Origin: Escherichia coli
Lineage (GTDB): Bacteria > Pseudomonadota > Gammaproteobacteria > Enterobacterales > Enterobacteriaceae
Length of the DNA: 64,000 nt
Strand: one strand, 5' to 3'
Assembly: GCF_003334785.1 (NCBI RefSeq)
Contig: NZ_QOWV01000001.1
A program made the position numbers and the translations under genes. The notes under the pieces were generated by a model, which worked only from the letters and a program-made list of their open reading frames with translations, did no database searches and was not told the origin of the DNA. Within the stretch, counting starts at the first letter, position 1, and every line of letters begins with the position of its first letter. Of this stretch, positions 51,546 to 64,000 are shown one piece after another.

Positions 51546-53696
51546 ATGGCATTAACCGCCGCGCTTAAAGCGCAAATTGCCGCCTGGTATAAGGCGCTTC
51601 AGGAACAGATCCCCGACTTTATTCCCCGTGCGCCGCAGCGGCAGATGATTGCGGACGTCGCCAAAACGCTGGCCGGAGAAGAAGGGCGACATCTGGCGAT
51701 TGAAGCCCCCACCGGCGTTGGGAAAACGCTCTCTTATTTGATTCCCGGCATCGCCATTGCCCGCGAAGAGCAAAAAACGCTGGTGGTGAGTACCGCCAAC
51801 GTGGCATTGCAGGATCAGATTTACAGCAAAGATTTACCGCTGCTGAAAAAGATCATTCCCGATCTTAAATTCACTGCCGCTTTTGGGCGTGGGCGCTACG
51901 TTTGTCCGCGTAATCTGACGGCGCTCGCCAGTACTGAACCCACGCAACAGGATCTGCTGGCGTTTCTTGACGACGAACTGACGCCGAACAATCAGGAAGA
52001 GCAAAAACGTTGTGCGAAGCTGAAGGGCGATCTCGATACTTATAAATGGGATGGTCTGCGCGATCATACTGATATCGCTATAGATGACGATCTCTGGCGT
52101 CGTTTAAGTACCGACAAAGCCAGCTGCCTCAACCGCAATTGTTACTACTATCGTGAATGCCCGTTTTTTGTCGCTCGTCGGGAGATTCAGGAAGCGGAAG
52201 TGGTGGTGGCAAACCATGCGCTGGTGATGGCGGCGATGGAAAGCGAAGCGGTATTGCCTGACCCGAAAAATTTACTGCTGGTGCTGGACGAAGGCCATCA
52301 CCTGCCGGATGTGGCGCGGGATGCGCTTGAGATGAGCGCCGAAATCACCGCGCCGTGGTATCGGCTACAGCTGGACTTGTTCACGAAACTGGTCGCTACC
52401 TGCATGGAGCAGTTTCGCCCGAAGACCATCCCACCGCTGGCGATCCCTGAACGTTTGAATGCGCATTGTGAAGAGTTGTATGAGCTTATCGCCTCGTTAA
52501 ACAACATTCTCAATCTCTACATGCCTGCCGGGCAGGAGGCAGAGCACCGTTTTGCGATGGGCGAACTGCCAGATGAAGTGCTGGAGATCTGCCAGCGGCT
52601 GGCAAAACTCACCGAGATGCTGCGTGGCCTGGCGGAGTTATTTCTTAACGATTTAAGTGAGAAAACCGGCAGCCATGACATTGTACGTCTGCATCGGTTG
52701 ATTTTGCAGATGAACCGCGCGTTGGGGATGTTCGAGGCGCAAAGCAAACTCTGGCGGCTGGCTTCGCTGGCGCAATCTTCCGGTGCACCGGTGACCAAAT
52801 GGGCGACGCGGGAAGAGCGCGAAGGGCAGCTACACCTCTGGTTTCACTGCGTGGGAATACGTGTCAGCGATCAGCTGGAAAGGCTGCTGTGGCGCAGTAT
52901 TCCGCACATTATTGTCACCTCCGCAACCTTGCGTTCGCTGAACAGTTTTTCGCGTTTGCAGGAGATGAGTGGTCTGAAAGAGAAAGCGGGCGACCGTTTT
53001 GTGGCGCTGGATTCCCCCTTTAACCACTGCGAACAGGGCAAAATTGTTATTCCCCGGATGCGCGTTGAGCCTTCCATCGACAACGAAGAGCAGCATATTG
53101 CCGAAATGGCGGCCTTTTTCCGTAAGCAGGTGGAGAGCAAAAAACATCTCGGTATGTTGGTACTGTTTGCCAGCGGACGGGCGATGCAGCGCTTTCTCGA
53201 CTATGTGACGGATTTACGTCTGATGTTGCTGGTTCAGGGCGATCAGCCGCGTTACCGTTTAGTTGAACTGCACCGCAAACGCGTCGCCAACGGTGAGCGC
53301 AGCGTGCTGGTGGGCTTACAGTCATTTGCCGAAGGGCTTGATTTGAAAGGTGATCTGCTCAGCCAGGTGCATATCCACAAAATCGCTTTTCCGCCCATCG
53401 ACAGCCCGGTGGTGATCACCGAAGGGGAATGGCTGAAAAGCCTCAACCGCTATCCGTTTGAGGTGCAAAGCCTGCCGAGCGCCTCGTTTAACCTGATTCA
53501 GCAGGTTGGGCGACTGATTCGAAGCCACGGTTGCTGGGGCGAAGTGGTTATCTACGACAAACGCTTGCTGACCAAAAATTATGGCAAGCGACTACTGGAT
53601 GCATTACCGGTATTTCCGATAGAGCAACCGGAAGTCCCTGAAGGTATAGTTAAAAAGAAAGAAAAAACGAAATCCCCACGCCGTCGGCGGCGTTAA
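51546..53696 (+). CDS. dinG: ATP-dependent DNA helicase DinG (XPD-like)
   Basis: Start placed at MALTAALKAQIAAWYKAL; Walker A APTGVGKT; DEGHH box; 716 aa. Confidence 0.93.
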   Translation: MALTAALKAQIAAWYKALQEQIPDFIPRAPQRQMIADVAKTLAGEEGRHLAIEAPTGVGKTLSYLIPGIAIAREEQKTLVVSTANVALQDQIYSKDLPLLKKIIPDLKFTAAFGRGRYVCPRNLTALASTEPTQQDLLAFLDDELTPNNQEEQKRCAKLKGDLDTYKWDGLRDHTDIAIDDDLWRRLSTDKASCLNRNCYYYRECPFFVARREIQEAEVVVANHALVMAAMESEAVLPDPKNLLLVLDEGHHLPDVARDALEMSAEITAPWYRLQLDLFTKLVATCMEQFRPKTIPPLAIPERLNAHCEELYELIASLNNILNLYMPAGQEAEHRFAMGELPDEVLEICQRLAKLTEMLRGLAELFLNDLSEKTGSHDIVRLHRLILQMNRALGMFEAQSKLWRLASLAQSSGAPVTKWATREEREGQLHLWFHCVGIRVSDQLERLLWRSIPHIIVTSATLRSLNSFSRLQEMSGLKEKAGDRFVALDSPFNHCEQGKIVIPRMRVEPSIDNEEQHIAEMAAFFRKQVESKKHLGMLVLFASGRAMQRFLDYVTDLRLMLLVQGDQPRYRLVELHRKRVANGERSVLVGLQSFAEGLDLKGDLLSQVHIHKIAFPPIDSPVVITEGEWLKSLNRYPFEVQSLPSASFNLIQQVGRLIRSHGCWGEVVIYDKRLLTKNYGKRLLDALPVFPIEQPEVPEGIVKKKEKTKSPRRRRR

Positions 53697-53723
53697 TGAT
53701 GTGAGTCAGGTAAGGAGTCGTAA

Positions 53724-54686
<963 letters not shown>

Positions 54687-54692
54687 TTCTTT

Positions 54693-54769
<77 letters not shown>

Positions 54770-54814
54770 ACGCCCGGCGTGCAGCATAAAAATACAACAA
54801 ACACATAACATAAA

Positions 54815-55912
<1,098 letters not shown>

Positions 55913-55946
55913 AAAAAAGCCCGTCCAGTGGCGGACGGGCAAACAA
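55913..55946. terminator. Bidirectional terminator (hcxB / ybiJ)
   Basis: gcccgtccagtggcggacgggc hairpin with an A-run on the plus strand, that is a T-run for the minus-strand ybiJ transcript. Confidence 0.7.
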
Positions 55947-56060
55947 GGGTAACATAGGATCAATGAGGGTTAGAGCATATGCGTCTGTCGGCAAACAGAC
56001 AGGGAAATACTTGTGCTGGACGTAGCGTAAACGCCTGATCCGTCCAACGGTTCGGATTTT

Positions 56061-56135
56061 GTAGGCCTGATAAGACGCGGTAGCGTCGCATCAGGCATCT
56101 GTTGCCGGATGCGGCGTAAACGCCTTATCCGTCCT
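56061..56135. repeat. REP palindromes
   Basis: gtaggcctgataagacgcg...gcatcaggc and gccggatgcggcgtaaacgccttatccg. Confidence 0.65.
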
Positions 56136-56140
56136 ACGAA

Positions 56141-56401
56141 TTACTTATAAATTACCGCAGTACCGCTTAATTTATTGTTGTTGGTGGCGGAAGTGATGCT
56201 GTATCCACTGGCACCGGCTGCCGCGGCTTTCTCAGCCAGTTTCGCTTCCAGGGCATCGAGGGTGGATGCGCCATCGGCAGAAACCACGCCGATTTTATTC
56301 ATGTTCTGTGCCTGGGATGCCGTTACCGGTTCCGCCGCGAACACGCCAAATGACAGAGTTGAAAGAGCCATAGCAGCAACAACAGTATTGATAGTTTTCA
56401 T
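56141..56401 (-). CDS. ybiJ: DUF1471 (YhcN-family) periplasmic small protein
   Basis: 86-aa ORF with a signal peptide and a C-terminal ...GTAVIYK. Confidence 0.85.
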   Translation of the reverse strand: MKTINTVVAAMALSTLSFGVFAAEPVTASQAQNMNKIGVVSADGASTLDALEAKLAEKAAAAGASGYSITSATNNNKLSGTAVIYK

Positions 56402-56665
56402 AATTAATCTCTCGCAGGTGATTTTTGTATAAGTGACGTTGTTTCGTCGATGTGATGAGTATCACGTTTTTTTACGAGAGATAAAATCGAAGAGAATTGA
56501 CCGCCTTGTTCAAATAAATTGATTGATATCTAACCTACTGATAAACCATTTATTTGTTGTACTTATGAACTTGTTTTATACCGCGTGGCAGTCACAGCAG
56601 CGTTAAAGGCACGGAATGACACGCAAAATACAAATTATACTCGCTATGCATCTCGCCAGTTGTAG

Positions 56666-56932
56666 TTAACGTAACTGGCTGTCTTTCGAACCTCTGCGAT
56701 TATATCCTGTATAAGCTGGTTTTTGTAAATCTTTCTCCTGCTGACAATGAATACATAAGCGCACGCCAGGAATGGCTTCCCGACGGGCCTGCGGGATGGG
56801 GGCACCGCACTCTTCACATTCATCCAGGCTTTCGCCGCGCGGAATTTCACCCCGAGCGCGGGCAATCGCATCTTCAATTGTACTGTTGATCTGTTCGTTG
56901 ACGGCGTCATCGTTAGCCCAACCGGATGCCAT
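56666..56932 (-). CDS. ybiI: DksA/TraR-family C4 zinc-finger protein
   Basis: 88-aa ORF with CEECGAPIP...CIHCQ. Confidence 0.85.
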   Translation of the reverse strand: MASGWANDDAVNEQINSTIEDAIARARGEIPRGESLDECEECGAPIPQARREAIPGVRLCIHCQQEKDLQKPAYTGYNRRGSKDSQLR

Positions 56933-57005
56933 ATCGACCTCCCCATATCAATACTTGTACAGTTAAGTGTAGCTAATCCAGGGACGAACTCGGGCAGTTC
57001 AAGCA

Positions 57006-57683
57006 TCAGATCTCCGACCATTCCCGCAGCAGATTATGATAAAGATTAAGCAGCGACAGGATCTCTTCACTTTCGCCGTAGCGGCTTTTCAGCGACTGAA
57101 TATTGTTGTCCAGTTCAAACAGCATGGCGCGCTTTTTATCATCGCGGATCATCGACTGGATCCACATAAATGATGCCACTCGTACGCCGCGGGTTACGGG
57201 TGTCACGCAATGCAGGCTGCTGGAGGGATACAACACGAGATCGCCTGCCGGGAGTTTTACCCGATGTTGTCCGAAGGTGTCATTAACGACCAGTTCGCCG
57301 CCGTCGTAGCTTTGTGGATCGCTTAAAAACAGCGTGGCAGAAAGGTCAGTACGCATCCAGCCGTTTTGTGGATGGCTGCGTACTGCGCCATCCACATGGA
57401 AACCATAGGTTTCATTGTTCTGATAGCGATTAAACAGCGGCGTGGAAAGGGTACGCGGCAAGGCCGCGGCAAAGAATAAAGCATGTTGGTTAACCGCGTT
57501 CAGCACCTCATTTTGCAGGGCGGCGTATAACGTGCTGCGGGTGTCGACCTGTTGATTGTTCTTAACTTGCGCACCTTGTGCGCCGGTGGTGACGCGTCCA
57601 TCCACCCATTCGGCTTGTTCCAGTTGTTCGCGAAAACGAGCGACGTCCTGTGGCGATAACACGCCGGGAATGTGGTACATCAT
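57006..57683 (-). CDS. ybiX: PKHD-type Fe(II)/2-oxoglutarate-dependent hydroxylase
   Basis: Start placed at [13 protein letters not shown]; 225 aa; 41 bp downstream of fiu. Confidence 0.85.
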
Positions 57684-57724
57684 ACAATTTCTCCAAAAAG
57701 TGGGGCCTGCGCCCCACATCTGAA

Positions 57725-60007
57725 TCAGAAATGCATATTGGCTGTGAGCAAGAAGGTTCTTGGCTCGCCCGGGTGATAACGGTAGCCGCTCTTGTTGATT
57801 GAGGCGACGTAATCGGTATCAAACAGGTTGTAAACGTTTAGCTGGAAGTCGAGATTGCGATTAACTCGATACCCCAGTTTGGCATCGGCGACCCAGTAAC
57901 CTTCGGTAAACGCTGGCGTTCCCACCGCGCCGTCTGAACCTTTATGCATACTGCCGATATAGCGTGCGCCCGCGCCAACAGAGATATCGTCGGTTGCCTG
58001 ATATTGGCTCCATAAGGTGAAGGCGTGCTCCGGGGTATACGGCAGCGATGAGGAACCATCCTGGGCAACATCTTTGCCGTTTTTGATGGTTGCTTTTTGC
58101 TGGGTATAGCCGCCAATCACCTGCCACGCGGGAGTGATATTCCCGGCCACGGATATCTCATAGCCTTCGACGCGTTTCTTACCGTATTGCGAGTAAGTTC
58201 CGTCATCATTTTGCTCAACTTCATTTTCGATATCAGTGCGGAACAGCGCGGCGGTGAGCAACAGACGTTTATCCAGAACCTGCCATTTGGTGCCAATCTC
58301 GCTGGTGTTGGCTTTTTGCGGTTTAAAATCGGTGCGGTTGGCACTGTTACCGCTGCCAGACTGCGCAAGGGCGAAGTTGTTGCCGCCCGGAGGCTGCTGG
58401 GAAACGGCATAGTTAATATAGACATTGCCGTTTTCCGTCAGGTGATACAGCGCCCCGGCTTTCCAGTTCATCAGATTGCCCGACTTGGCGGTGTCGACGG
58501 TGGTGACCGGAGAACCTTTTGCCACACCAGTTGGGCAGGTGATGGCACCGCGTCCGCTGCCGCCGCAGGCGGTGGCACTGTCATATTCAGTATGATAATT
58601 ATCCAGACGGATCCCGCCGTTCAGCTCAAAATCACGGGTGATTTGCAGCGTATCAAAGGCGTAAATTGCGAAGGTATCCGTCTGACCATTGGCGTTTGCG
58701 CCGTTGCGCGTCAGGCCGCCGGGATGAATGCTGCTGTCAGGATGATAAATATTTACCGCGGGTAACGTCACCGGATTAACGCCGTAGTTAGTCTGCGTTT
58801 CACGGGTAAATTCCACGCCGGTACTGACATCATGACCGATAGAACCGGTATAGAACGTCGAGGTCAGGTTGGTCTGGTTGGTGAGAATTTTATTACTCAC
58901 ATCTTTGGTATTCGCCGTGCGTGACCAGGTCCAGCTATTCACATCGCTGGTGGGCTGAGTAATATTCGACGCCCCGCCCATAATCGCCGTCATCAGGTAA
59001 TCCTGCTTTACGCGCGACCAACGGGTAGTATTGCGAATGGTGGTGTTATCGTTGATGTCGTGCTCAAAACGCATGGTGGCGGTGTCGGTGGTCGAATCGT
59101 CGTAATCGGAATCCGTGCCGTAAAAGTTATGAGTATCAACTTTTCCGGAATGATTCAGGGCCGCCGTTCCCGCAGATGGGGCAGAATAGCCCGGCAAACC
59201 GATGGTCGGAATGCCGCCGTCTGGCGTGTTGTGCTGGGTGACATGCAGATAATTAAGATACAAACGATTCGCTGTACCAAGGCCAAAAGCGACAGAAGGG
59301 GCGACGCCGTAACGCTCATTTTTGACTTTGTCGCGTCCGGCATCGTGCGTTTTTTCGCCCATTACATTCAGGCGCACCGCGGTGGTATCACCAATGACCT
59401 GATTGACGTCCAGCGTGCCGCGGCGGAACCAGGCGCTGCCAATACTGGCGGAGGCGTCAATGCCGGAATCATTGCGCGGCTGCTTGCTGATCATATTGAT
59501 CGAGCCTGTCGGTGCGCTGCGCCCGTAGTCGGTGCCGGACGGCCCTTTAATCACTTCGACCTGCTCGGTATTGAAGGTGTCGCGCGAGACGCTGCCGATA
59601 TCGCGAATGCCATCAATATAAATACTGTTAGAGGTATCGGCACCACGCATATAAATGGCGTCGCCAGTGGTGGAGTTACCGTTCTCACCCGCAAAAAACG
59701 CACCCACGCCGGGGACGTTTTTGAGCGCGTCGGTAAGGTTGGTTGCGCCCTGATCTTTAATCACTTGTTCAGAAATTACCGTCATCGTGCGGGTAGTATC
59801 CGCTACCGGACGCGAGAATTTCGGATCGGCAGATTGTTGTGGCGCATAAAGCGAAGGCGTTGATGCTTCGACAACCAGCGTGTCATCCGCGTTAGTTTGC
59901 CCTTCGGCGGCGAGTGCCTGAGCCACAGGCGTGATGCCAATACAAAGACCGGCAAAGAACGTGAGCGAATGAAATTGTCTGGCAGGGAAATTGCGATTGT
60001 TTTCCAT
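57725..60007 (-). CDS. fiu: TonB-dependent catecholate siderophore receptor
   Basis: 760-aa ORF with a signal peptide, TonB box region, beta-barrel and C-terminal aromatic residue (F). Confidence 0.92.
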
Positions 60008-60111
60008 TTTGCAGGTGACTTTTTCTTATATGTTGAAATTTTCACTGCCACGAGAAAGCCTCTCTGCGGATGCGATGCCACTGTTAATCCCGTGATAGTG
60101 ATCGTGAAAGT

Positions 60112-60136
60112 GATAATAATTTTGATAAGCATTATC
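60112..60136. promoter_or_regulatory. Fur box upstream of fiu
   Basis: gataataattttgataagcattatc is a strong Fur consensus match about 105 bp upstream of the fiu start. Confidence 0.75.
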
Positions 60137-60271
60137 ACTTGGAGCGATTTTCTATCACCCATTGCGCGAAAAAGAAATACATTTATTTACATTGAGTTCA
60201 TATTTGATGTTTTTTGATTACAAAACAGACGAAAACTGCATCCAGAGGCGAATGCAGTTACGTTGGTGGGG

Positions 60272-60532
60272 TTATTTGTAGATGGTTGCAGTACCGAACA
60301 TCTGGTCATTTCCGCCTGCGGAATTAATGACATAACCTTTCGCGCCTTGTTCGCGCGCTTTTTCTGCCAGTTTATCCTCCAGATCGCTTAGGTTTGATGC
60401 GCCAGTTGCCGAAACGGTACCGGCGGGCCGTAGCTGACCGCTGTCCAGGTTACTCATCGGTTGCGCGGCATAAGCCGTGAGAGAGATTCCGCTCAGGACG
60501 GTGGCAATCAGTAGTGTGAGGCACTTTTTCAT
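60272..60532 (-). CDS. mcbA: DUF1471 (YhcN-family) periplasmic small protein McbA
   Basis: Start placed at MKKCLTLLIATVLSG (signal peptide); 86 aa; C-terminal ...GTATIYK; paralog of ybiJ. Confidence 0.85.
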   Translation of the reverse strand: MKKCLTLLIATVLSGISLTAYAAQPMSNLDSGQLRPAGTVSATGASNLSDLEDKLAEKAREQGAKGYVINSAGGNDQMFGTATIYK

Positions 60533-60807
60533 AATGACATCCTCATAAATACAACGGGTAGTGCCTGATAAGTGTAGGTCGCCTGCGCGATGCAAATGAC
60601 GCAAAAAATTGACAGAGATGTGCTTATTTTTTGAACGATATATTTTTACAAAATAAGACAAATCAATGACATGCATAATGCTGATTTTTATGATGAATTG
60701 CCATAAACCATAGCCATGTTAAGGTTTTGGGGAATGATAAACGCAGCCAGATATTTACCCTGTCGCGTTATGCGGGTATCTTACGCCGCTGCTTAAAGGA
60801 GAATGCT

Positions 60808-61734
60808 ATGTCCGCCCAGAAACCGGGGTTGCATCCGCGCAACCGTCATCACAGCCGCTACGATCTCGCCACGCTTTGTCAGGTCAATCCTGAACTCAGG
60901 CAATTCCTCACGCTTACACCCGCCGGGGAGCAAAGCGTAGACTTTGCCAATCCGCTGGCGGTGAAGGCGCTCAATAAGGCGTTGCTGGCCCATTTTTACG
61001 CCGTAGCGAACTGGGATATCCCCGACGGTTTTCTCTGCCCACCAGTACCGGGCCGGGCGGATTATATTCATCACCTTGCCGATTTACTGGCAGAAGCAAG
61101 CGGAACAATTCCAGCGAATGCCAGCATTCTGGATATCGGCGTTGGTGCGAACTGTATTTATCCGCTGATTGGCGTACATGAATATGGCTGGCGTTTTACC
61201 GGTAGTGAAACCAGCAGCCAGGCGTTAAGCAGTGCGCAGGCGATTATCAGTTCTAATCCGGGGCTTAACCGCGCCATTCGTCTGCGTCGGCAAAAAGAGA
61301 GTGGGGCGATTTTTAACGGCATCATCCATAAAAACGAGCAATACGACGCGACCTTGTGTAACCCGCCATTCCACGATTCCGCCGCTGCGGCACGGGCAGG
61401 TAGTGAGCGTAAACGCCGTAACCTGGGGCTGAACAAAGACGATGCACTGAACTTTGGCGGCCAGCAACAGGAGTTGTGGTGTGAAGGCGGTGAAGTCACC
61501 TTTATCAAAAAGATGATTGAAGAGAGCAAAGGCTTCGCGAAGCAGGTGATGTGGTTTACATCACTGGTATCTCGTGGTGAAAACTTACCGCCGTTGTATC
61601 GTGCCCTGACGGACGTGGGCGCGGTGAAGGTGGTTAAAAAAGAGATGGCCCAGGGGCAAAAGCAGAGTCGCTTTATTGCCTGGACCTTTATGAACGACGA
61701 GCAGCGCCGCCGTTTTGTCAATCGCCAGCGTTAA
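60808..61734 (+). CDS. rlmF: 23S rRNA m6A1618 methyltransferase
   Basis: Start placed at [20 protein letters not shown]; NPPF motif; 308 aa. Confidence 0.9.
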
Positions 61735-63956
61735 AGCGTTGGTTCCCCCGGCGGTAACGGTTCAGCCGGGGTCGCGCCCGGAGCAGGCAGCACCTGATAA
61801 GTCTGCACTGGCGCGCGAACGCCCGCCAGGTCGAAATGTTTTTTCACCTGGCTGTCGAGGGCAAAGCGTACCGTCCACTGTTTGAGTGGCAGCGTGGTGA
61901 ACGAAACACGCAGTGTAAACGCGGTATTGCTTAAGCCGACAATCCCGGCAAAATTCGGTTCACCAATAATCAGCCCGCGAATTTCTTCGTTTTCCATTAA
62001 TTCCGCTACCGCATCTTTCAGTGCCTGATTGGCTTTATCAGCATCTTCATGGCGATCAACATCATAATTTGCCACCACCGAACCAATGCCGCGGACAAAG
62101 TTAGCAAAGGTGGTTATCGAAGACCACGGAATGATGTGATACGCCCCGGTATCCTGTCGTACGCCCACGGAGCGAATCGACATCCGTTCCACTGTGCCGG
62201 TCAACGGCCCGATAGTCACCAAATCTCCAGTGTTCATGCCGTTTTCAAACTGAATAAATACCCCGGTGATAATATCTTTCACCAGCGTTTGCGAACCAAA
62301 CGAGATAGCCAGACCTAATGCCCCGGCACCTGCCAGCAATGGCGCGATATTGACGCCGATTTCCGACAACACAATCATGATGGTGATGGTACTGATAATC
62401 ACCGCCAGCGCGTTACGAAACAGCGTAAGCAGGGTACGCGTGCGGGCGCTGGGTAGCGGGCGGCCATGAATATCCGAAGCCAGCCGGTTTTCGATCAAAC
62501 TGGCGAGCACCGTCCAGCCAACCGCCGAGAAGAAAAGAATGAGTGCGATACGGATCAGGATATCTACGGTTTTCTGCCCCGCGCCGTTTTGCAGCCAGTT
62601 CCAGAAATCGAACAATCCCCATGCGCTCAACAGCAACATTACCGCCACGCAGACTGTCAGAATACGCGCCGTTTTCAGCGCCGCCGACAGCCAGCCATTC
62701 AACCGTTTTTGCAGCTCCGGATAGTTACGCTGAGTATGTGGCGAGAGAGTGATGGTTTTCGCCAGCCAGCGGGAAAACATACCGGAAACAAACGCTGCGA
62801 TACCAATAATCGCCAGGCTGCGCACCGTTGCACCCATCATAAATTTCAGGCTGTTGCCCGGATCGAACAACGAAAAGAAAAACAGCACGATAAAATAGGC
62901 GCTTGCCAGCCAGTGCCACACCAGCGCAAAGGCGCGGATAAACAGGCTGAAAAAGGCCAGCGAATGCTCCGCGAAGTTGAGCAAATGCTGGGTAATCTCT
63001 TTTTTATTACGAAAGATCAGGTACAACGCCCAGACGGTCATGCACAGCATAATGATGACGTTCGCCAGCGCACCTATCTGTACATTCACCTGATTAGAGA
63101 TAATCGGCACGGCCACAATCAGGCCATAACCTATCAAACTGCTTAACCAGCTCAGGCGACGACTCCAGTAACGGGCGCTCTCGTCCTGAATCGTGAACGG
63201 GCGCAGCTCCGCCACGTTTGGGCAAAAAATCAGGCGTAGTACGGCTTTGAAAAATTCAATGAGGGCAAAGGCGTTGAGAAACAAACTTTGTTGGAAAGCG
63301 ATGGTGCGACTGCCTGCATTCAGGTTGTCGCTTAATACCTGGCCGACAAATAATGTCAGGGCCAGTAACAGCAGGTCGATAATAAACGCCCCGATAATCA
63401 TCGCCGGAAGCTGCAACCAGTTGCTGCGCTCACGATTTTTTTGCCGCGCCCACTGACCCATTTTGCGATACAGCGGCAGTGCGCACAGGCGAATCAGCCA
63501 GTAAAAACCAAACACTAATACCGCTAACATTGAAAAATGGGTCAGCGCATTGCTGAAGGTTTGTGGATTAAACGGCTTATGCGGGGAGCCGGTGATATTG
63601 CGATAAAGTTGCCCGAAGCGGGCGGAAAGGGCTTCACCATAATGGCGGCTGACTTCGGTGACCTTTTGCAGCACGGTTTGCTCTTCGACCAGCGTCGGCG
63701 GCACTATTTTTGGTACCGGTTCAGCAGGGGGCGTAGCGGCAACGGTGCGCAACTGGTCGATCAACTCTTTACGCGAGGTGTCATTATCCAGCACATCCGC
63801 CAGTGCGCCATAGGCCGCTTTTTTTTGTTCGATATCCGGTTCCGGGGCCGGTTCAGTCGTTGAGTCCGTTGCCGTTGTGGTTGTAACGCCGGGTATGGAT
63901 ACCGCGTGGGCAGGTGCGCCCAGCAGGCAGAAGAGGATGAACAGGATCCACCGCAT
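61731..63956 (-). CDS. ybiO: MscS-family mechanosensitive channel with large N-terminal extension
   Basis: Start placed at [18 protein letters not shown] (signal peptide); 741 aa; continues close to the window end. Confidence 0.88.
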
Positions 63957-64000
63957 GACTCCTCCAGTGAGAAAATAGAGCAAAAAGATAAGTATAGATG

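Noticed and set aside
56644-57021. 125-aa minus-strand ORF overlapping ybiI in another frame
   Set aside because: The 88-aa frame (56666-56932) carries the C4 zinc-finger signature of the DksA/TraR family; the longer frame has no recognisable features.
59060-59863. 267-aa plus-strand ORF, Gly/Arg-rich
   Set aside because: Antisense shadow within fiu; the low-complexity composition reflects the GC-rich third positions of the opposite strand.
62466-63146. 226-aa plus-strand ORF
   Set aside because: Antisense shadow within ybiO.

Overview
This 64 kb window reads as a contiguous enterobacterial core-chromosome segment that I recognise, from memory and not from any search, as the Escherichia coli K-12-type region running from two tandem tRNA-Lys genes through nadA-pnuC, zitB, ybgS, aroG, gpmA, the gal operon, modFE/acrZ/modABC, ybhA, pgl, ybhD/ybhHIJ, ybhCB, the divergent bio operon, uvrB, ybhK, moaABCDE, ybhLM, ybhN-clsB-ybhP, ybhQ, cecR-ybhGFSR, rhlE, ybiA, dinG-ybiB, hcxB, ybiJ, ybiI-ybiX-fiu, mcbA and rlmF to ybiO. 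Gene density is high on both strands, with many translationally coupled junctions. I see no CRISPR array, insertion sequence, integrase, prophage or obvious defence island; the repeats present are REP/BIME-type and ERIC intergenic elements. Regulatory sites that can be read directly include NadR, TyrR, Fur (x2), GalR (OE/OI), ModE (x2), BirA (bioO), LexA (x2) and DnaA boxes, plus a probable Moco riboswitch leader before moaA. I do not find a clearly undescribed system. The best candidates for under-explored biology are the LysR-linked ybhD/ybhHIJ organic-acid module, the ybhP-clsB-ybhN lipid operon, the ybhL/ybhM pair, the Fur-controlled fiu-ybiX-ybiI cluster and the ybiJ/mcbA paralogs. Where the ORF track showed N-terminal extensions, I moved starts to the internal ATG/GTG that has an RBS and matches the expected protein N-terminus. 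All coordinates were derived by hand and should be confirmed computationally.
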